Positions 38,277 through 53,492 of a DNA stretch of 64,000 bases are shown one piece after another; positions within the stretch are counted from its first letter, which is position 1, and every line of letters starts with the position of its first letter. A program made the translations under genes and the position numbers. Below the pieces are notes generated by a model. It saw nothing but the letters and a program-made list of their open reading frames with translations. It was not told where the DNA came from and ran no database searches. The DNA is taken from the sequence record OQ992561.1. One strand, 5' to 3'.

Positions 38277-39555
38277 GGTTAAACCCATGTCTCATGTTAA
38301 AGAAGTAGATGTCGAAGAGGAAAAACTTTTCTTTGATGAGAACCAACCAGAGATGGTTGAAGGCGAAGAAGAGACTGTTTCAAGTGCCTCGGCTCCTGAA
38401 ATTTTAGCTAAGATGTGTGTAGCTGTCGAAGCGATTCATCAGCTATCTGATATTTATGCAATCACTAAACTTGAAGGCGTATCAAAACCAGATGTTGATG
38501 GTATTCGAGCATTAGTTAAGCGCATGAGCACTGAAGGGTTTGAAGCTCCTAAGAAAGCAGTAGCTTCACTTGAGCAATATGCTTCTATGTTTACACCAAC
38601 CCGTAGTACTCTTAATGTGACTATTTCTCAAGAGGCAGTGATGGCTACCATCATTAATACTCTTAAGACTTGGTTTGAGAAACTAATGGAACTATTTGCT
38701 AAGCTGATGCGTTGGATTAGTGATTTTAAGAAGCGCGATGTTGTTGTAGCAACTCGTTATGGAAAGATTGTCCGGGCAGTTGATCAAGCACGTACTCTCT
38801 TTCAAGAGTTACTAGTTAAAAATCGATTAGGTAATCGAAAGGATGCGCTACTAGAAAAGTTTGATGCAATTGCACAATCAATCATTGATGATCCTAAAAT
38901 CCTAGCTAGTCGTGTATATGCTGCTGCATTTGGTAGTGTATACTACCAGAAAGAAATCATTAATATTAATAATGAAGCACGTACTGAACTAGGTACAATG
39001 GAAAAGCTAGTTGGCACTATCATTGAATATGTTAATTACAATGGTGATGATTATCGTGCACTTATGCCTATCGCTAATATCCGTGAGATTGGTAAACTAG
39101 CTACCCGGTGCAATGAACTATCTACAGTGTATCCTGATCGTTCAAGCATTCCAGATTTCCCTGATAAGAATTTCTGGAAAAACTCACATCTGTTAAAAGA
39201 TCGTTTTGTCGCACCACTTGATGATTTGTTAAAAGCATATCGCGATAGCAGTGATACTCTACGTAAGTTAAAGCAACTATCACGTAATTATAGTCAAGAA
39301 ACTATTGATGCTATTGGTGAGTCTGTTCAATTAATCAACACTTCCCTTGAAGGTATGCGTCGTATTACTGATACGATGTTTGAATATTCTCAAGCACAAT
39401 ATCTAGCAGCTAGTTGCGTACTTAACTATTATGGTAAGTGTGCACAAGTAGTTAGTGAAGATTATAAGATCCATGGCTTCAATGATGCTATTCGCGAATG
39501 GCAGCGTCGATTTGATAAAGTCATCGATGACTTTAAACGTGGTTATGCAATGTAA
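38269..39555 (+). CDS. Head protein (gp86-like) with acidic propeptide and S-x-E sites
   Basis: STE, ASLEQY and ISQEAV follow an acidic N-terminus. Confidence 0.7.
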   Translation: MSEVKPMSHVKEVDVEEEKLFFDENQPEMVEGEEETVSSASAPEILAKMCVAVEAIHQLSDIYAITKLEGVSKPDVDGIRALVKRMSTEGFEAPKKAVASLEQYASMFTPTRSTLNVTISQEAVMATIINTLKTWFEKLMELFAKLMRWISDFKKRDVVVATRYGKIVRAVDQARTLFQELLVKNRLGNRKDALLEKFDAIAQSIIDDPKILASRVYAAAFGSVYYQKEIININNEARTELGTMEKLVGTIIEYVNYNGDDYRALMPIANIREIGKLATRCNELSTVYPDRSSIPDFPDKNFWKNSHLLKDRFVAPLDDLLKAYRDSSDTLRKLKQLSRNYSQETIDAIGESVQLINTSLEGMRRITDTMFEYSQAQYLAASCVLNYYGKCAQVVSEDYKIHGFNDAIREWQRRFDKVIDDFKRGYAM

Positions 39556-39596
39556 AATACAACATAATGCCCTCCCCTAGGGGAGGGCTTATGACC

Positions 39597-43568
<3,972 letters not shown>

Positions 43569-43604
43569 TTATAACTCTCTGCAAACCCATATAGGAAGAG
43601 AAAA

Positions 43605-44768
43605 ATGCCATTACCTGTAATCGCCGGAGCAGTAAGTTCTGCTCTGATGACTGTTGCTGCTGATCAAGGTGTACGTGGTCTAATGCAGACTGTCCTACAA
43701 GCCACTAAAAATGGTGTAGAGATTTCTTCTCTAACCGATCTAGCACGTCCAACTCGTGTTGAACCATTGGTCATCGTAGACCAAACCTTAGTTGATCAAC
43801 CTTACATGAAAGACGTTATGAAATTTGTTTCATCGTCTTTTACTGGTTATTATCTACAAGCTGTTAATATGCTTCTAGGTGTGGATAAGATTGATACTTT
43901 AAAAGTATTCGATACTATTAATCCTAACCGTACAGGTGTAACTCGCACTAGTGTATTCTCTGCCGAAGAGTATTCTGATGGTCTTCCTTCATTAGAGTCT
44001 TTTGAGAAGCCTGTGCATTTACCAAATATCGTCGCTGAACACTCACATGAGCGTTGGGTAGCTTCAATGGAAGCGAATGACGAAAGTACAAGTGCACAAA
44101 GTATTTCTAGTGGTGATACACAAAAGATTTATGAAGTTGAAAACCTTGCCGTTGGTAAGCTGGTTAACGTTGATGTTAAATCAGGAAAGCAGAAAGCTAA
44201 AATTCCTGTTATGATCCGTTTAATTCCAGCCGCTGTTAGTCCTCAGATTATTGCGCACATCTTTAGTGCTGGTGGACGAGATACTTGGCTACATCGCCTA
44301 TTTCTAGTAAAAACTGGTCAAATTAAATTCTGGCGTGACTTCGTTCTAGGTCAAGATATGATCGATGAACATTATCGCATTCTAATGAATGATAAATCAG
44401 GTGTTTATAAACAAATCACCGATCGCCGCCGTAACAACTGGAAACAATCAGTTCGCAGTGGTACGGTTTCATTAGCAGATGCATCAAATATCGCGATTGT
44501 ATCAACTTCAACTCTTAAAGCTGCTTCTAATTCTCTTTATGGTCGTATTGATGATTTCGCCACTCGGCAAAAGATCTTTGACAATAGCTATCTAATGATG
44601 CTTGTTGTTATTGATGACCGTTATGAGCGAGTAACTATTTATCATCGTGGGGTTGATCTATCTACATCTCACCGACTTGATGAAATTAAAATGGCTGAAA
44701 AGAATAAAGGTCCGGATATCACTGAGATCTTTAAAATGATGAATAAAACCATGTCTACCAATATTTAA
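43605..44768 (+). CDS. Inner-head protein (gp89-like, 387 aa)
   Basis: Position and size. SAE, SLE and SME sites at aa ~120-157. Confidence 0.7.
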   Translation: MPLPVIAGAVSSALMTVAADQGVRGLMQTVLQATKNGVEISSLTDLARPTRVEPLVIVDQTLVDQPYMKDVMKFVSSSFTGYYLQAVNMLLGVDKIDTLKVFDTINPNRTGVTRTSVFSAEEYSDGLPSLESFEKPVHLPNIVAEHSHERWVASMEANDESTSAQSISSGDTQKIYEVENLAVGKLVNVDVKSGKQKAKIPVMIRLIPAAVSPQIIAHIFSAGGRDTWLHRLFLVKTGQIKFWRDFVLGQDMIDEHYRILMNDKSGVYKQITDRRRNNWKQSVRSGTVSLADASNIAIVSTSTLKAASNSLYGRIDDFATRQKIFDNSYLMMLVVIDDRYERVTIYHRGVDLSTSHRLDEIKMAEKNKGPDITEIFKMMNKTMSTNI

Positions 44769-44775
44769 GGACTGA

Positions 44776-45708
44776 GTGATGAGAATTATTGATTATGTAC
44801 GTGAACTCGCACCAGTTACTGAACGTCGTGAACTATTAAATCAAATCCGTTCATTACGTGAAGAATATGATGCAACTCTCGCACCAATTATTGACGATGT
44901 AGGTGAAGTATTTGGTAATATGCAACTTAAATCAGATTTAGGTATGCGGTTATCTACTGAACTACGGCGAGCGATTAGTTTTAATACTGAACCGATTAAA
45001 CTAGTACTGGATACTCTTTCAAATATTCGTGGTAGCTTTGATATGATCGAAAGCGAAATCCGGCGTTTATTTGCTATTCAGTTTACTAACTCTAATCTAA
45101 CCTTTGACCGTGCAAACATGTTACGTTTTGTTGATGGTCTTAGTTTCTATATTCGTTATGGCCGTAAACTACTACTAAATCTAATTGCACAAGAAGCAAT
45201 GAAATTAGGTAAGGCTACAGAATTAAAATCATCTCGTGCTGAGAAAGAATGGCTATACACTAATATGGCGCAATTCATTACTCTGTATCCAGCAATGAGT
45301 CTTAAGACTAATGAACTGAAACAACGCTTAAGTCGTGCATCTAGTGCTGAAGTCAATGAAGGTACTTATGATGTAGCTGTGAGTGCTCTCTCTATAGCTC
45401 AACGTGATCCACTTAACATGGATGGCTTCTCACCTCGTCAGAACCCGTTCGTGCTATTTGGCAAGTTCTTAGCTGAGTATCAGGTTGAACGTTTTAAAGA
45501 AGCTGAGCAAGAATTCCTTGCACTTCAGCTACGTTTACAAGAAATGCGGGAAATGCAAAGTAATGGTAAAGTGGATGCACGCCTACAGAAGCTTATTAAA
45601 GAGTATGAAATTCGTATCTCTGATTATAACTATCGCCTAGGTATGATCCAAGATCGCGCATCTGAGTTCTTTGCTAACCATCGTGATCTACTATCTCTTG
45701 GTCACTAA
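44776..45708 (+). CDS. Head protein (gp90-like, 310 aa)
   Basis: Position and size. Helical. Confidence 0.65.
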   Translation: MMRIIDYVRELAPVTERRELLNQIRSLREEYDATLAPIIDDVGEVFGNMQLKSDLGMRLSTELRRAISFNTEPIKLVLDTLSNIRGSFDMIESEIRRLFAIQFTNSNLTFDRANMLRFVDGLSFYIRYGRKLLLNLIAQEAMKLGKATELKSSRAEKEWLYTNMAQFITLYPAMSLKTNELKQRLSRASSAEVNEGTYDVAVSALSIAQRDPLNMDGFSPRQNPFVLFGKFLAEYQVERFKEAEQEFLALQLRLQEMREMQSNGKVDARLQKLIKEYEIRISDYNYRLGMIQDRASEFFANHRDLLSLGH

Positions 45709-46253
45709 TGGAGGGCATTGATATGCCAGCAACTAATGCTGTACGCCCATTTGGTCGTAATTACTCAGGTGGTCAACAACAGGCCATTTCACGGTTCACT
45801 GCTCGTCCCGGTGATCCTCAAGTTGAAGAACTATATCTTATCTTTACCAACTTTCCTGCACAAACTGCATATTGGGAATTCCATAAGAAAGTTCTAGCTT
45901 GTGCTATTCGTCTTTTTAGCGGAAACTATAATTGGTTTATTCTACAGGACAATAATAGTAATATTGATAGTTATAATTATCAATTCCTATTAGATACTGT
46001 TCGATACATTGCTACGGGTCATCGACGTATTTCAATTACCCAATGGCCAATGTTACTAGCTACTGAACCAGATGCTGGTGCACAACTCATTGAACCGCGC
46101 GCTGAAATTGCTACTCTCTTTAATGAGTTAAAATTAGATCTAGATACTGTTTCAATGATCCAGAATTGGGTTAAACACAAAAACGGTATGAATGATCTAA
46201 TGTATACCCTACATCTACTATTTGGATCTGTAGAAGTAATAGATAAGGACTGA
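45708..46253 (+). CDS. Conserved hypothetical protein (gp91-like)
   Basis: TAATG-coupled ORF. Confidence 0.7.
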   Translation: MEGIDMPATNAVRPFGRNYSGGQQQAISRFTARPGDPQVEELYLIFTNFPAQTAYWEFHKKVLACAIRLFSGNYNWFILQDNNSNIDSYNYQFLLDTVRYIATGHRRISITQWPMLLATEPDAGAQLIEPRAEIATLFNELKLDLDTVSMIQNWVKHKNGMNDLMYTLHLLFGSVEVIDKD

Positions 46254-46262
46254 GGACTATCT

Positions 46263-47585
46263 ATGACTAATAATTCACTTAGTCATTCGGTCTTACTTGA
46301 ATCAATCGACGGGGACAGCCCCGTCGATATGATCGCTACATGCGATGGATATCTAAAAGAATTATTGCCATCAATTGAAGATATTCAAAGTAGATTAGAA
46401 TGCACTGAAAAAGACATTTTAGTTAAAACCTATACCGATGGCTTATTTCAAAAATATGCAGATAACCAAGATGTTGTTAGTGAACACATTCTAAAAACTG
46501 AGAATGTGTCATTAGAAGACCTATCTAAGACAGCACGAAATACCTGGGATGAAATGAAAAAATCCCAAGCAAAGCATCGAGATGAGTTAAAAGAGTATGC
46601 ACGTGTTATTACACAAGGTAATCAACGTACTCTTGAACGAATAAACATGCTTTTAGAAAGAGCTGAAAATATTAAGCATGAGCCATTTAAGCAAGAATTA
46701 AAATTTAAAAATACTAAACGATTTAGTATTGATGGTAAATTCGAACCGACTACAGTTGATCCGATACTCATGCAAGTTAACAACTTGATAGCTTTCTATG
46801 ATAAATCCCTACTCTTGTATATCCAATCTGTAGCGGATATCCTTAGGAAATTATCATTTGATGAAAAATGGACTGATAGAGCTGCACAAGACTTTAGTAA
46901 GTTTAATGTTAAGAACTGGATGAAGGGTGCAGTACCTATTAAGAAAGATGATAGATTTAGAGTAAGTTCTACAGTTTATCGTAGTATGCCAGTTCAAGGT
47001 AATAAGACTTTATTTGGCGCAGGGCCAACTGAAACACAGACTGAAGAGATCAGGGATTGGGATTTTTTAGTAAATACTGTCCGTGATTTTGCCTTTAAGT
47101 TTTATACTATTCCTACTATGAAGGATGCACCTGAAGGTAACAATACCTTTAAGGTTAATGATACGAGTTCAATTGGAAGACGGTTAGTATTATTAAGCGA
47201 AATGGCTAAACGTATAGATGCTAGAAAAGATTATGCAACTAAACTAGATTTTGAATTTGGTAGGTTAATGCAGTTAGCCGAGACTAATCGTCAACAAGCT
47301 GGTAGGATTCGGGCACAACAATCTAATATGCGAAATCGTCAAGCAAAAGTTCAAGATCCTGATGCACCTGATGGCATCCCTGCTATCTCAAATATCATTA
47401 ATTCAATTACATTAATGATCAATAATGTAAGTCGCGTTGTAACAGATTTTAGTAATGCTCTTGCTGGTTTAGTCAGAGTAATGGGTCGACTAGTATTCGT
47501 GACCGAGTTAGAATTAAAAGCTTACCAGCGTCCAATTCAAAGACCTACGCAAGAACAAGTAAATAATCCCTCCCAGGTAAGGTAA
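46263..47585 (+). CDS. Head protein (gp92-like)
   Basis: 440 aa. NVSLEDL maturation-type site. Confidence 0.65.
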   Translation: MTNNSLSHSVLLESIDGDSPVDMIATCDGYLKELLPSIEDIQSRLECTEKDILVKTYTDGLFQKYADNQDVVSEHILKTENVSLEDLSKTARNTWDEMKKSQAKHRDELKEYARVITQGNQRTLERINMLLERAENIKHEPFKQELKFKNTKRFSIDGKFEPTTVDPILMQVNNLIAFYDKSLLLYIQSVADILRKLSFDEKWTDRAAQDFSKFNVKNWMKGAVPIKKDDRFRVSSTVYRSMPVQGNKTLFGAGPTETQTEEIRDWDFLVNTVRDFAFKFYTIPTMKDAPEGNNTFKVNDTSSIGRRLVLLSEMAKRIDARKDYATKLDFEFGRLMQLAETNRQQAGRIRAQQSNMRNRQAKVQDPDAPDGIPAISNIINSITLMINNVSRVVTDFSNALAGLVRVMGRLVFVTELELKAYQRPIQRPTQEQVNNPSQVR

Positions 47586-47590
47586 TTAAC

Positions 47591-48898
47591 ATGTCTCTAC
47601 TTAAAATGCTAGACAAACTATCACTTGAATCAATTGAAGATCAAGGCACTACGATTCATGGTGATGTTGAATTAGTCGTTGAAAATAAAACTTCTGCTGA
47701 TGTATCATCCGTTTTAGCAGAAGTAGATCAGATTGAAAATAATCCCGTAGAAGAAGTTCTTGATGCAGATGATGCTATTCAACCAACTGCATTAGATACT
47801 GAAGTAACTATTGTTCAAGCTGAAGATGAATTAGGGCTAATTGAAGATGCTAAAGAAGCACTTGAAAAGTTCCAAGGTCTTTTACTTCAAGCTGGTGAAG
47901 ATGGTATCTCTCGACAAGCAGCTGCCTTCATGCATGTTGGCATGGAATCAATCGATCGTATCCTAGGTATTGAAAAATCTGGACTCACTGCCGCGCTTGA
48001 GAATTACGATGCTTCTCCACGCAGCGCTATTCAGAAAGCAGCTGTTATCTCTCTTGAGGATCTCAAAGAGAAACTAAAAGAAGCAGGTAAGAAAGCTTTA
48101 GAGATTATCAAGAAAATTGTTGCAATGATAAAGCAGAAGATTAAAGATTTTAATCCTAAGCTGATTGCACTCGATATGCGTATTACTAAAACTATTGATG
48201 CTATTAAATCACTCAAAGCCGGTGATCTAAAGAAAGAAGAGATTAAGTTCACTCCTTCTGAGTATATGGTATCTAGTAGTGGCTTTATTGCAAATAATCC
48301 GAAGACTATTGCAGACTTCATGACTGTATTCTCAACTCAGTATGTATCTGCTCTTAGGAAATATGGCGAACTTGGAGTACGTTATCTCAAAGGTGACAAG
48401 TCTATTGATATTGATCAAGTCACCAGTGATTTACAAGCTAAGATAGCTGAAGATATTAATAAAGCCGTTGAGAAAGCTCCTGGTAATGTTAAGTTAGAAG
48501 TTACTTCTTCTAAGTCAGGTGTGAATAAGTGGGAAGTTGTTGAGGGTGATGGGGAAACGGATCTACATGAAGTTGAAGTTGATGTCCGTGCACCGAGTAA
48601 AATCTTAGCACATCTTAATATTCTTAAAGGTCTTGTTATTAAACTACAGGACTTTAATAAGATTGATTACAAGATTGCTGAGAATCTTGAAAAGGCCCTA
48701 GCTGATTGGAATCCTGACGAAGCAGGCATGTCAAAAGAAACAGCGCGTGATGCACTGAATATTGGTGGTATTGATAATAGTGCACTAGTTAACTATATTG
48801 CTAAATGCATCGCTGCGCAGTATACATTTATTGTTAAACATGAATTAGCTGCGTACGGCAAAGAAACTTCTAAAGCACCTGAGAATGATGAGAAGTAA
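47591..48898 (+). CDS. Inner-body/ejection paralog (gp93-like)
   Basis: SLE, ALE and ISLEDLKE. GISRQAAAFMH module shared with the next two genes. Confidence 0.75.
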   Translation: MSLLKMLDKLSLESIEDQGTTIHGDVELVVENKTSADVSSVLAEVDQIENNPVEEVLDADDAIQPTALDTEVTIVQAEDELGLIEDAKEALEKFQGLLLQAGEDGISRQAAAFMHVGMESIDRILGIEKSGLTAALENYDASPRSAIQKAAVISLEDLKEKLKEAGKKALEIIKKIVAMIKQKIKDFNPKLIALDMRITKTIDAIKSLKAGDLKKEEIKFTPSEYMVSSSGFIANNPKTIADFMTVFSTQYVSALRKYGELGVRYLKGDKSIDIDQVTSDLQAKIAEDINKAVEKAPGNVKLEVTSSKSGVNKWEVVEGDGETDLHEVEVDVRAPSKILAHLNILKGLVIKLQDFNKIDYKIAENLEKALADWNPDEAGMSKETARDALNIGGIDNSALVNYIAKCIAAQYTFIVKHELAAYGKETSKAPENDEK

Positions 48899-48967
48899 CA
48901 AACATAATGAGGAACCCTTCGGGGTTCCTCTTATGCTATGTAATTAAGTATTCTTGAGGAATTGTAA

Positions 48968-50485
48968 ATGAACTTAAATAAGTTACTTGATAGTTTAGAA
49001 GGTTATGGTGTTGTCGAAGTAAAAGAAAAAGTCGCGAAAGCCAAACTAAAGCACGCTGCTACAGACGACAAGCAAATATCTAAAGAACCAGAAGAAGCTG
49101 CCAAATTAATTGATGAATTACCAAATGATGTAAAAGCAACTAATAATGGGTTAGATGTTGAAGAAGCACATAAACCTAATATCCATTGGAAATCAGATCG
49201 TGGTTTAGTTACTGAAGTTGATTCATTTGGTAAAACATACGTCGCATCAGAAGAATATCCAGCATCACCCCATGATACCCGAGAAAGTCCTGATAATAGA
49301 CCTACACCAGTGGATGGTAAAGATTTAGATAGTGATGATGATCATTTAAATATCTTTGCGTATGATACACCTCCATCTCAAAACATGACATATCAGCTAA
49401 ATCAATTACTGCATGCGCGTACTAGTTTAGAATGTTTTATAGATTTATTAAATACCGCTGGTGATAGAGGTATTACTAAACAATCAGCTGCTTTTATGCA
49501 CGTTACATTAGAATCAATTGATAAGCTTATCGGCTTTGAAAAGATTAGTATTGAAGATTTTAATGCAACCCCTAGCAGCGCTATGCGTTTTGTAAATATT
49601 TCTCAAGAAGAAATAAAAGAACGTATTGAAAGTATAGGTAAAAAGATACTTGCTTTAATAGTCCATGTTATTGAACAAGCTAAAGTAGCGGCACAGCGTG
49701 TACTAACTGGAATCAAATCAGTTGAAGATAAAACTGATGAGTTAATTGAAAAAGCGAAAAGTTTAATCAATAAGCCAACTGTATCAAATGAAAGGGTAAC
49801 ACCTGATTTTGATATGTCAATTAAAATTGACAATCCTAAAATGTTATTCATTGGTGATGAATTTGTTTTAGACGATTTAACTAATGAAACAAAAGTTAGT
49901 CAATTTCTAGCTAAAGAATGGCCAAATATAGCTAGATCAAACATTGATAAAGTAGTTAAATTAATTAAAGACTACGACTTAGAAGATAATGAACTAGATA
50001 AGTTTAAAGAGGCTTTTGAATTTATTGGTGAAGCTAATCAGTTAGATAAAGTAAAAGATACTTCTCTACCTGGTAATAGTAAACTTATATTCCAGAAAGA
50101 TAAATATGCTCCACGACTTGGTGAAGATAAACATGGTGATGGTCCAGATACAATCACGATCGAGCCAAGGCCGCCTGTTGAAGTGCGTAAAACATTAGAA
50201 GTTAATAAAGAAGCTATTCGTCGTTTAGGTGATCTATTTAAAGCTGAAAAAGATGTCCTTGAACAACTGAAGAAGGTTGCACAGGGCATTGAGGACATGG
50301 AGCTACGTAGGTCTAAAGCTATTTGGAAAGGTGCTCGTGATGATGCAAATGAGATTATATCTTTAGTTAATGGCTTTATTACCGATATGTCACCAGAATA
50401 CGCAACACTAATTAGTTACCTATTACGTATTGCAAAGCAACGAAATGCTGTTTGTAATATGGAATTAGAAAGATATGGCCAATAA
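48968..50485 (+). CDS. Inner-body paralog (gp94-like)
   Basis: DSLEGY, TSLE, GITKQSAAFMH, ISQEEIKE. Confidence 0.75.
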   Translation: MNLNKLLDSLEGYGVVEVKEKVAKAKLKHAATDDKQISKEPEEAAKLIDELPNDVKATNNGLDVEEAHKPNIHWKSDRGLVTEVDSFGKTYVASEEYPASPHDTRESPDNRPTPVDGKDLDSDDDHLNIFAYDTPPSQNMTYQLNQLLHARTSLECFIDLLNTAGDRGITKQSAAFMHVTLESIDKLIGFEKISIEDFNATPSSAMRFVNISQEEIKERIESIGKKILALIVHVIEQAKVAAQRVLTGIKSVEDKTDELIEKAKSLINKPTVSNERVTPDFDMSIKIDNPKMLFIGDEFVLDDLTNETKVSQFLAKEWPNIARSNIDKVVKLIKDYDLEDNELDKFKEAFEFIGEANQLDKVKDTSLPGNSKLIFQKDKYAPRLGEDKHGDGPDTITIEPRPPVEVRKTLEVNKEAIRRLGDLFKAEKDVLEQLKKVAQGIEDMELRRSKAIWKGARDDANEIISLVNGFITDMSPEYATLISYLLRIAKQRNAVCNMELERYGQ

Positions 50486-50572
50486 ATATATCTAAGTGTT
50501 CATTTTTATCTAAGTACCTAATTCTATGGTTTATTGTTAAACGCGCGCAAAGAAATTCCTTGAGGAAATAAC

Positions 50573-52216
50573 ATGACATTTAAACTCAATGAGTATCTAG
50601 ATAGTCTAGAAGACTATACTGAGGTACCTATTCCTGAAACAGCAGTTGATAAAGTAGCAGCCATGACTAGTGGCGATTGTATTTCTGAAGACGCTGTACC
50701 TGAAAATACTATTCAAGATGTGACTGACAATAATGTTGGTGTAACACCAACTGCACCAGTGGATGCAGATACCACTATTGTTAATACTCCTAATAATGGC
50801 GTTATTGTTGAGACTCCAGCTGCTACTCTAGTTGAACAACCAGCTGTACCAGTTACCGTAGTTGAAACAGATGTAGTAACAGAAGTACCCCCTATTCCTG
50901 AACAACCTAATATTGCTGTTGAAACAGTTATTCCAGCAGGTGCCGAAGGAGAGGAACCACAAGGTGGTGAAACAGTAACTCAGCAAATCGCTGATCAGGC
51001 TGCCAAAGATAGTTCTATTCCACTAGCGCATAATGGCGTGGTGCCACAGATCGCTGTTGCAGTGGATATGGATAAACCTACTGATTTCATGGACATTGGT
51101 AATGCACAAGTAGTTACTACAGCAGTGCAAGATATTAATCAAGGTCTAAATACCGCATATGCCCTAGAGTCGATTAAAGCTCTTGTTCGACAAGCTGGTA
51201 TTAATGGTATCAGTCAAAGTACAGCTGCATTTATTCATTCTGCACTCTTACCACATCGTCATGTACTTGGTGATAATACTTTAACTAGCTCATTAGAAAA
51301 CTATACGACTGGTGGTAAAAGTCATTTATATCCAGTTAAGATTTCAACTGAGGATATTAAAGAGTTAAGTCGTAAGGCGCTTGCTTATATCAAGAAAGCT
51401 ATTGCTAAACTACGTGAAATTATTAGCCACGTATGGGATAGTCTTAAGAATAGTGTACCGCGTGTGAGCGTAAAAGTTGATGAACTAATTTTAGCTATCC
51501 AAAATGCTAAGTTTGAAAATATACCCAGTGAATTAACGGTTCCTGTTAAAAATGGTGGACCCGTATTTGCTAATGGTAAATTCATTCAGCCTTCAGCTAA
51601 CGTTGGATATGGCCCTATTGTTAAATGGATGACATCTGTATATGCAAAAGACTATGCTACCTACCTAACGAATATTGGCACTGTGCTTAAAGCTTGGGAT
51701 CCAGAGCGTAATGATGCTAGCGAACTAGTTGAGAAGATGGACAAACTTCAAGATGGGCCTCTCAAACACTACGCTAGTACATCTAACACTTTACCGGGTA
51801 ATAAGCTTGTAACTACGACTGCTACTCAAGTATATCTAACGGATGATGAGACAGCCGCAGAACCTGGCGCTGAAGTGACTTTAAAGAACTTTGATAAGAG
51901 TCAAGCTAAGAAAGAAGCGGTAGCTCTACGTAATCTGGTTGATGATGCAGCTGATGTTATCACTGGCGGTCGGAATATTGTTAAAGCCATTAAGCAACTT
52001 GAAGATGATGTTGATCAACTTTCACGGAAACTAGAGAGTGATAAAATCGACGATGTTTCTAAAGAACAGATCGAAGAAGTATCACGTAAGGTAGCATCTA
52101 TTATTACAGATAGTGCACCTAAACATGACTCCATTATTCGTGAAGCAATGCGTTACGCAAATACTGCAACTGGACTTTATAATAGTGTAATTAACACTAA
52201 ATTCCAAGCAGAATAA
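50573..52216 (+). CDS. Inner-body paralog (gp95-like)
   Basis: DSLEDY, YALES, GISQSTAAFIH, SSLENY, ISTEDIKE. Confidence 0.75.
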   Translation: MTFKLNEYLDSLEDYTEVPIPETAVDKVAAMTSGDCISEDAVPENTIQDVTDNNVGVTPTAPVDADTTIVNTPNNGVIVETPAATLVEQPAVPVTVVETDVVTEVPPIPEQPNIAVETVIPAGAEGEEPQGGETVTQQIADQAAKDSSIPLAHNGVVPQIAVAVDMDKPTDFMDIGNAQVVTTAVQDINQGLNTAYALESIKALVRQAGINGISQSTAAFIHSALLPHRHVLGDNTLTSSLENYTTGGKSHLYPVKISTEDIKELSRKALAYIKKAIAKLREIISHVWDSLKNSVPRVSVKVDELILAIQNAKFENIPSELTVPVKNGGPVFANGKFIQPSANVGYGPIVKWMTSVYAKDYATYLTNIGTVLKAWDPERNDASELVEKMDKLQDGPLKHYASTSNTLPGNKLVTTTATQVYLTDDETAAEPGAEVTLKNFDKSQAKKEAVALRNLVDDAADVITGGRNIVKAIKQLEDDVDQLSRKLESDKIDDVSKEQIEEVSRKVASIITDSAPKHDSIIREAMRYANTATGLYNSVINTKFQAE

Positions 52217-52277
52217 TGATAAGTGACGACATATCGACGGGGCTCGGAAGAGTCCCGTCTTATGTTAGGAGTTAGCA

Positions 52278-53393
52278 ATGGAATTAATTGATATTTATAA
52301 AGATACTCCAGATGAAATGATTATTGATCTTGATGAACCTAAAAGACTTGCAGATTTATTATCAGGCGATGAAGCGTTAGCTAGGCGAGTGATGGATCTA
52401 TTAGGCGGTATGGAAGATTATAATCAGATCCAAGGGGTTATCAAAGAATTAGAGGATGTTGTATCTACTGAAGATATTAGTGATACTATTAAACATGTTA
52501 TTGATCGAGTTATAAAACTATTTGTTACCACTATTGAGAAACTGATGGATAGTGGAGTAGTGCTAGCAGCTACTGCTGAATATGTTGCAATTCGAGCAGA
52601 AAACTTACGAGTTAACAGTCGTGCTAGAACTCGTAAAAATAAGAATCCTACATTTCTAATTACAACTCGTATTCAGAACTTAAGTGTTAGATATAAACCT
52701 ATTACCAATAGTGCTAATTTGTTATCTCACTTACGCGTATTGGAGACAGTAGTTGATGGGTATATCAATGGATTAGACAATGTGATTCTAAGGCCAGCTA
52801 ATATCATACCTTCGTATATGAATCCAAATGCTAGTCCAGATGCTTTAGCAGAACTACTATTAAATAGTGCCCCAACTAAAATAACCACACCATCTGTTTA
52901 TCGCGATCAAGGTAATCGATTTGTATCATTGCATTTGCTAGGTAATCATCAAATTGTAATTAACTATAATCCCGATAAGAATGCAAGTGCTTATGATCAG
53001 TGTAGGGATATTTCTTCACGGTTAGTTCCATCTGAAGAAACCCCTAGACCACTACCAGTCGAAATAGAATTTGAACATTTCAACCATCAAGTTACTGAAA
53101 GTATTATTGATCGAGTTGTTAAGGTAGTTGATAAGATCAATCGTGCAAATGCTGCATCAATGCGTACTCGTCGAAATGAACGGTTAAGGACTCTTAAAGG
53201 TGCATTAATCAGGTTTAGAGATGAACTAACACGTGCTCGTAATGAAGGGCGACCTGATAGAGAAATACAAGAACTTGTTTCATTGGTAGAAACATATGTT
53301 GATTGGTTGGCTATTCCTTATCACGACCTATTTAAATTAACATGTCGTAATTTGACTGCCATACTCAATGTATGCGATGAAAATCTAAAGTAA
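52278..53393 (+). CDS. Head protein (gp96-like)
   Basis: 371 aa. GMEDY and VSTEDI sites. Confidence 0.65.
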   Translation: MELIDIYKDTPDEMIIDLDEPKRLADLLSGDEALARRVMDLLGGMEDYNQIQGVIKELEDVVSTEDISDTIKHVIDRVIKLFVTTIEKLMDSGVVLAATAEYVAIRAENLRVNSRARTRKNKNPTFLITTRIQNLSVRYKPITNSANLLSHLRVLETVVDGYINGLDNVILRPANIIPSYMNPNASPDALAELLLNSAPTKITTPSVYRDQGNRFVSLHLLGNHQIVINYNPDKNASAYDQCRDISSRLVPSEETPRPLPVEIEFEHFNHQVTESIIDRVVKVVDKINRANAASMRTRRNERLRTLKGALIRFRDELTRARNEGRPDREIQELVSLVETYVDWLAIPYHDLFKLTCRNLTAILNVCDENLK

Positions 53394-53492
53394 GATTCCA
53401 GCGCAATATTTTGAATGTTAACGTTCGTCGCTTGGAGTTATGACTAAGACGAATAGCATAACTCATAAACTCTGTACAGAAGGTATATTAAC

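Noticed and set aside
53424-53464. Two mutually exclusive hairpins upstream of the gp97-like gene (possible riboswitch)
   Set aside because: If the TATG at 53439-53442 is the start site, most 5' strands are not transcribed. The linker is too short for a pseudoknot, and there is no further support.
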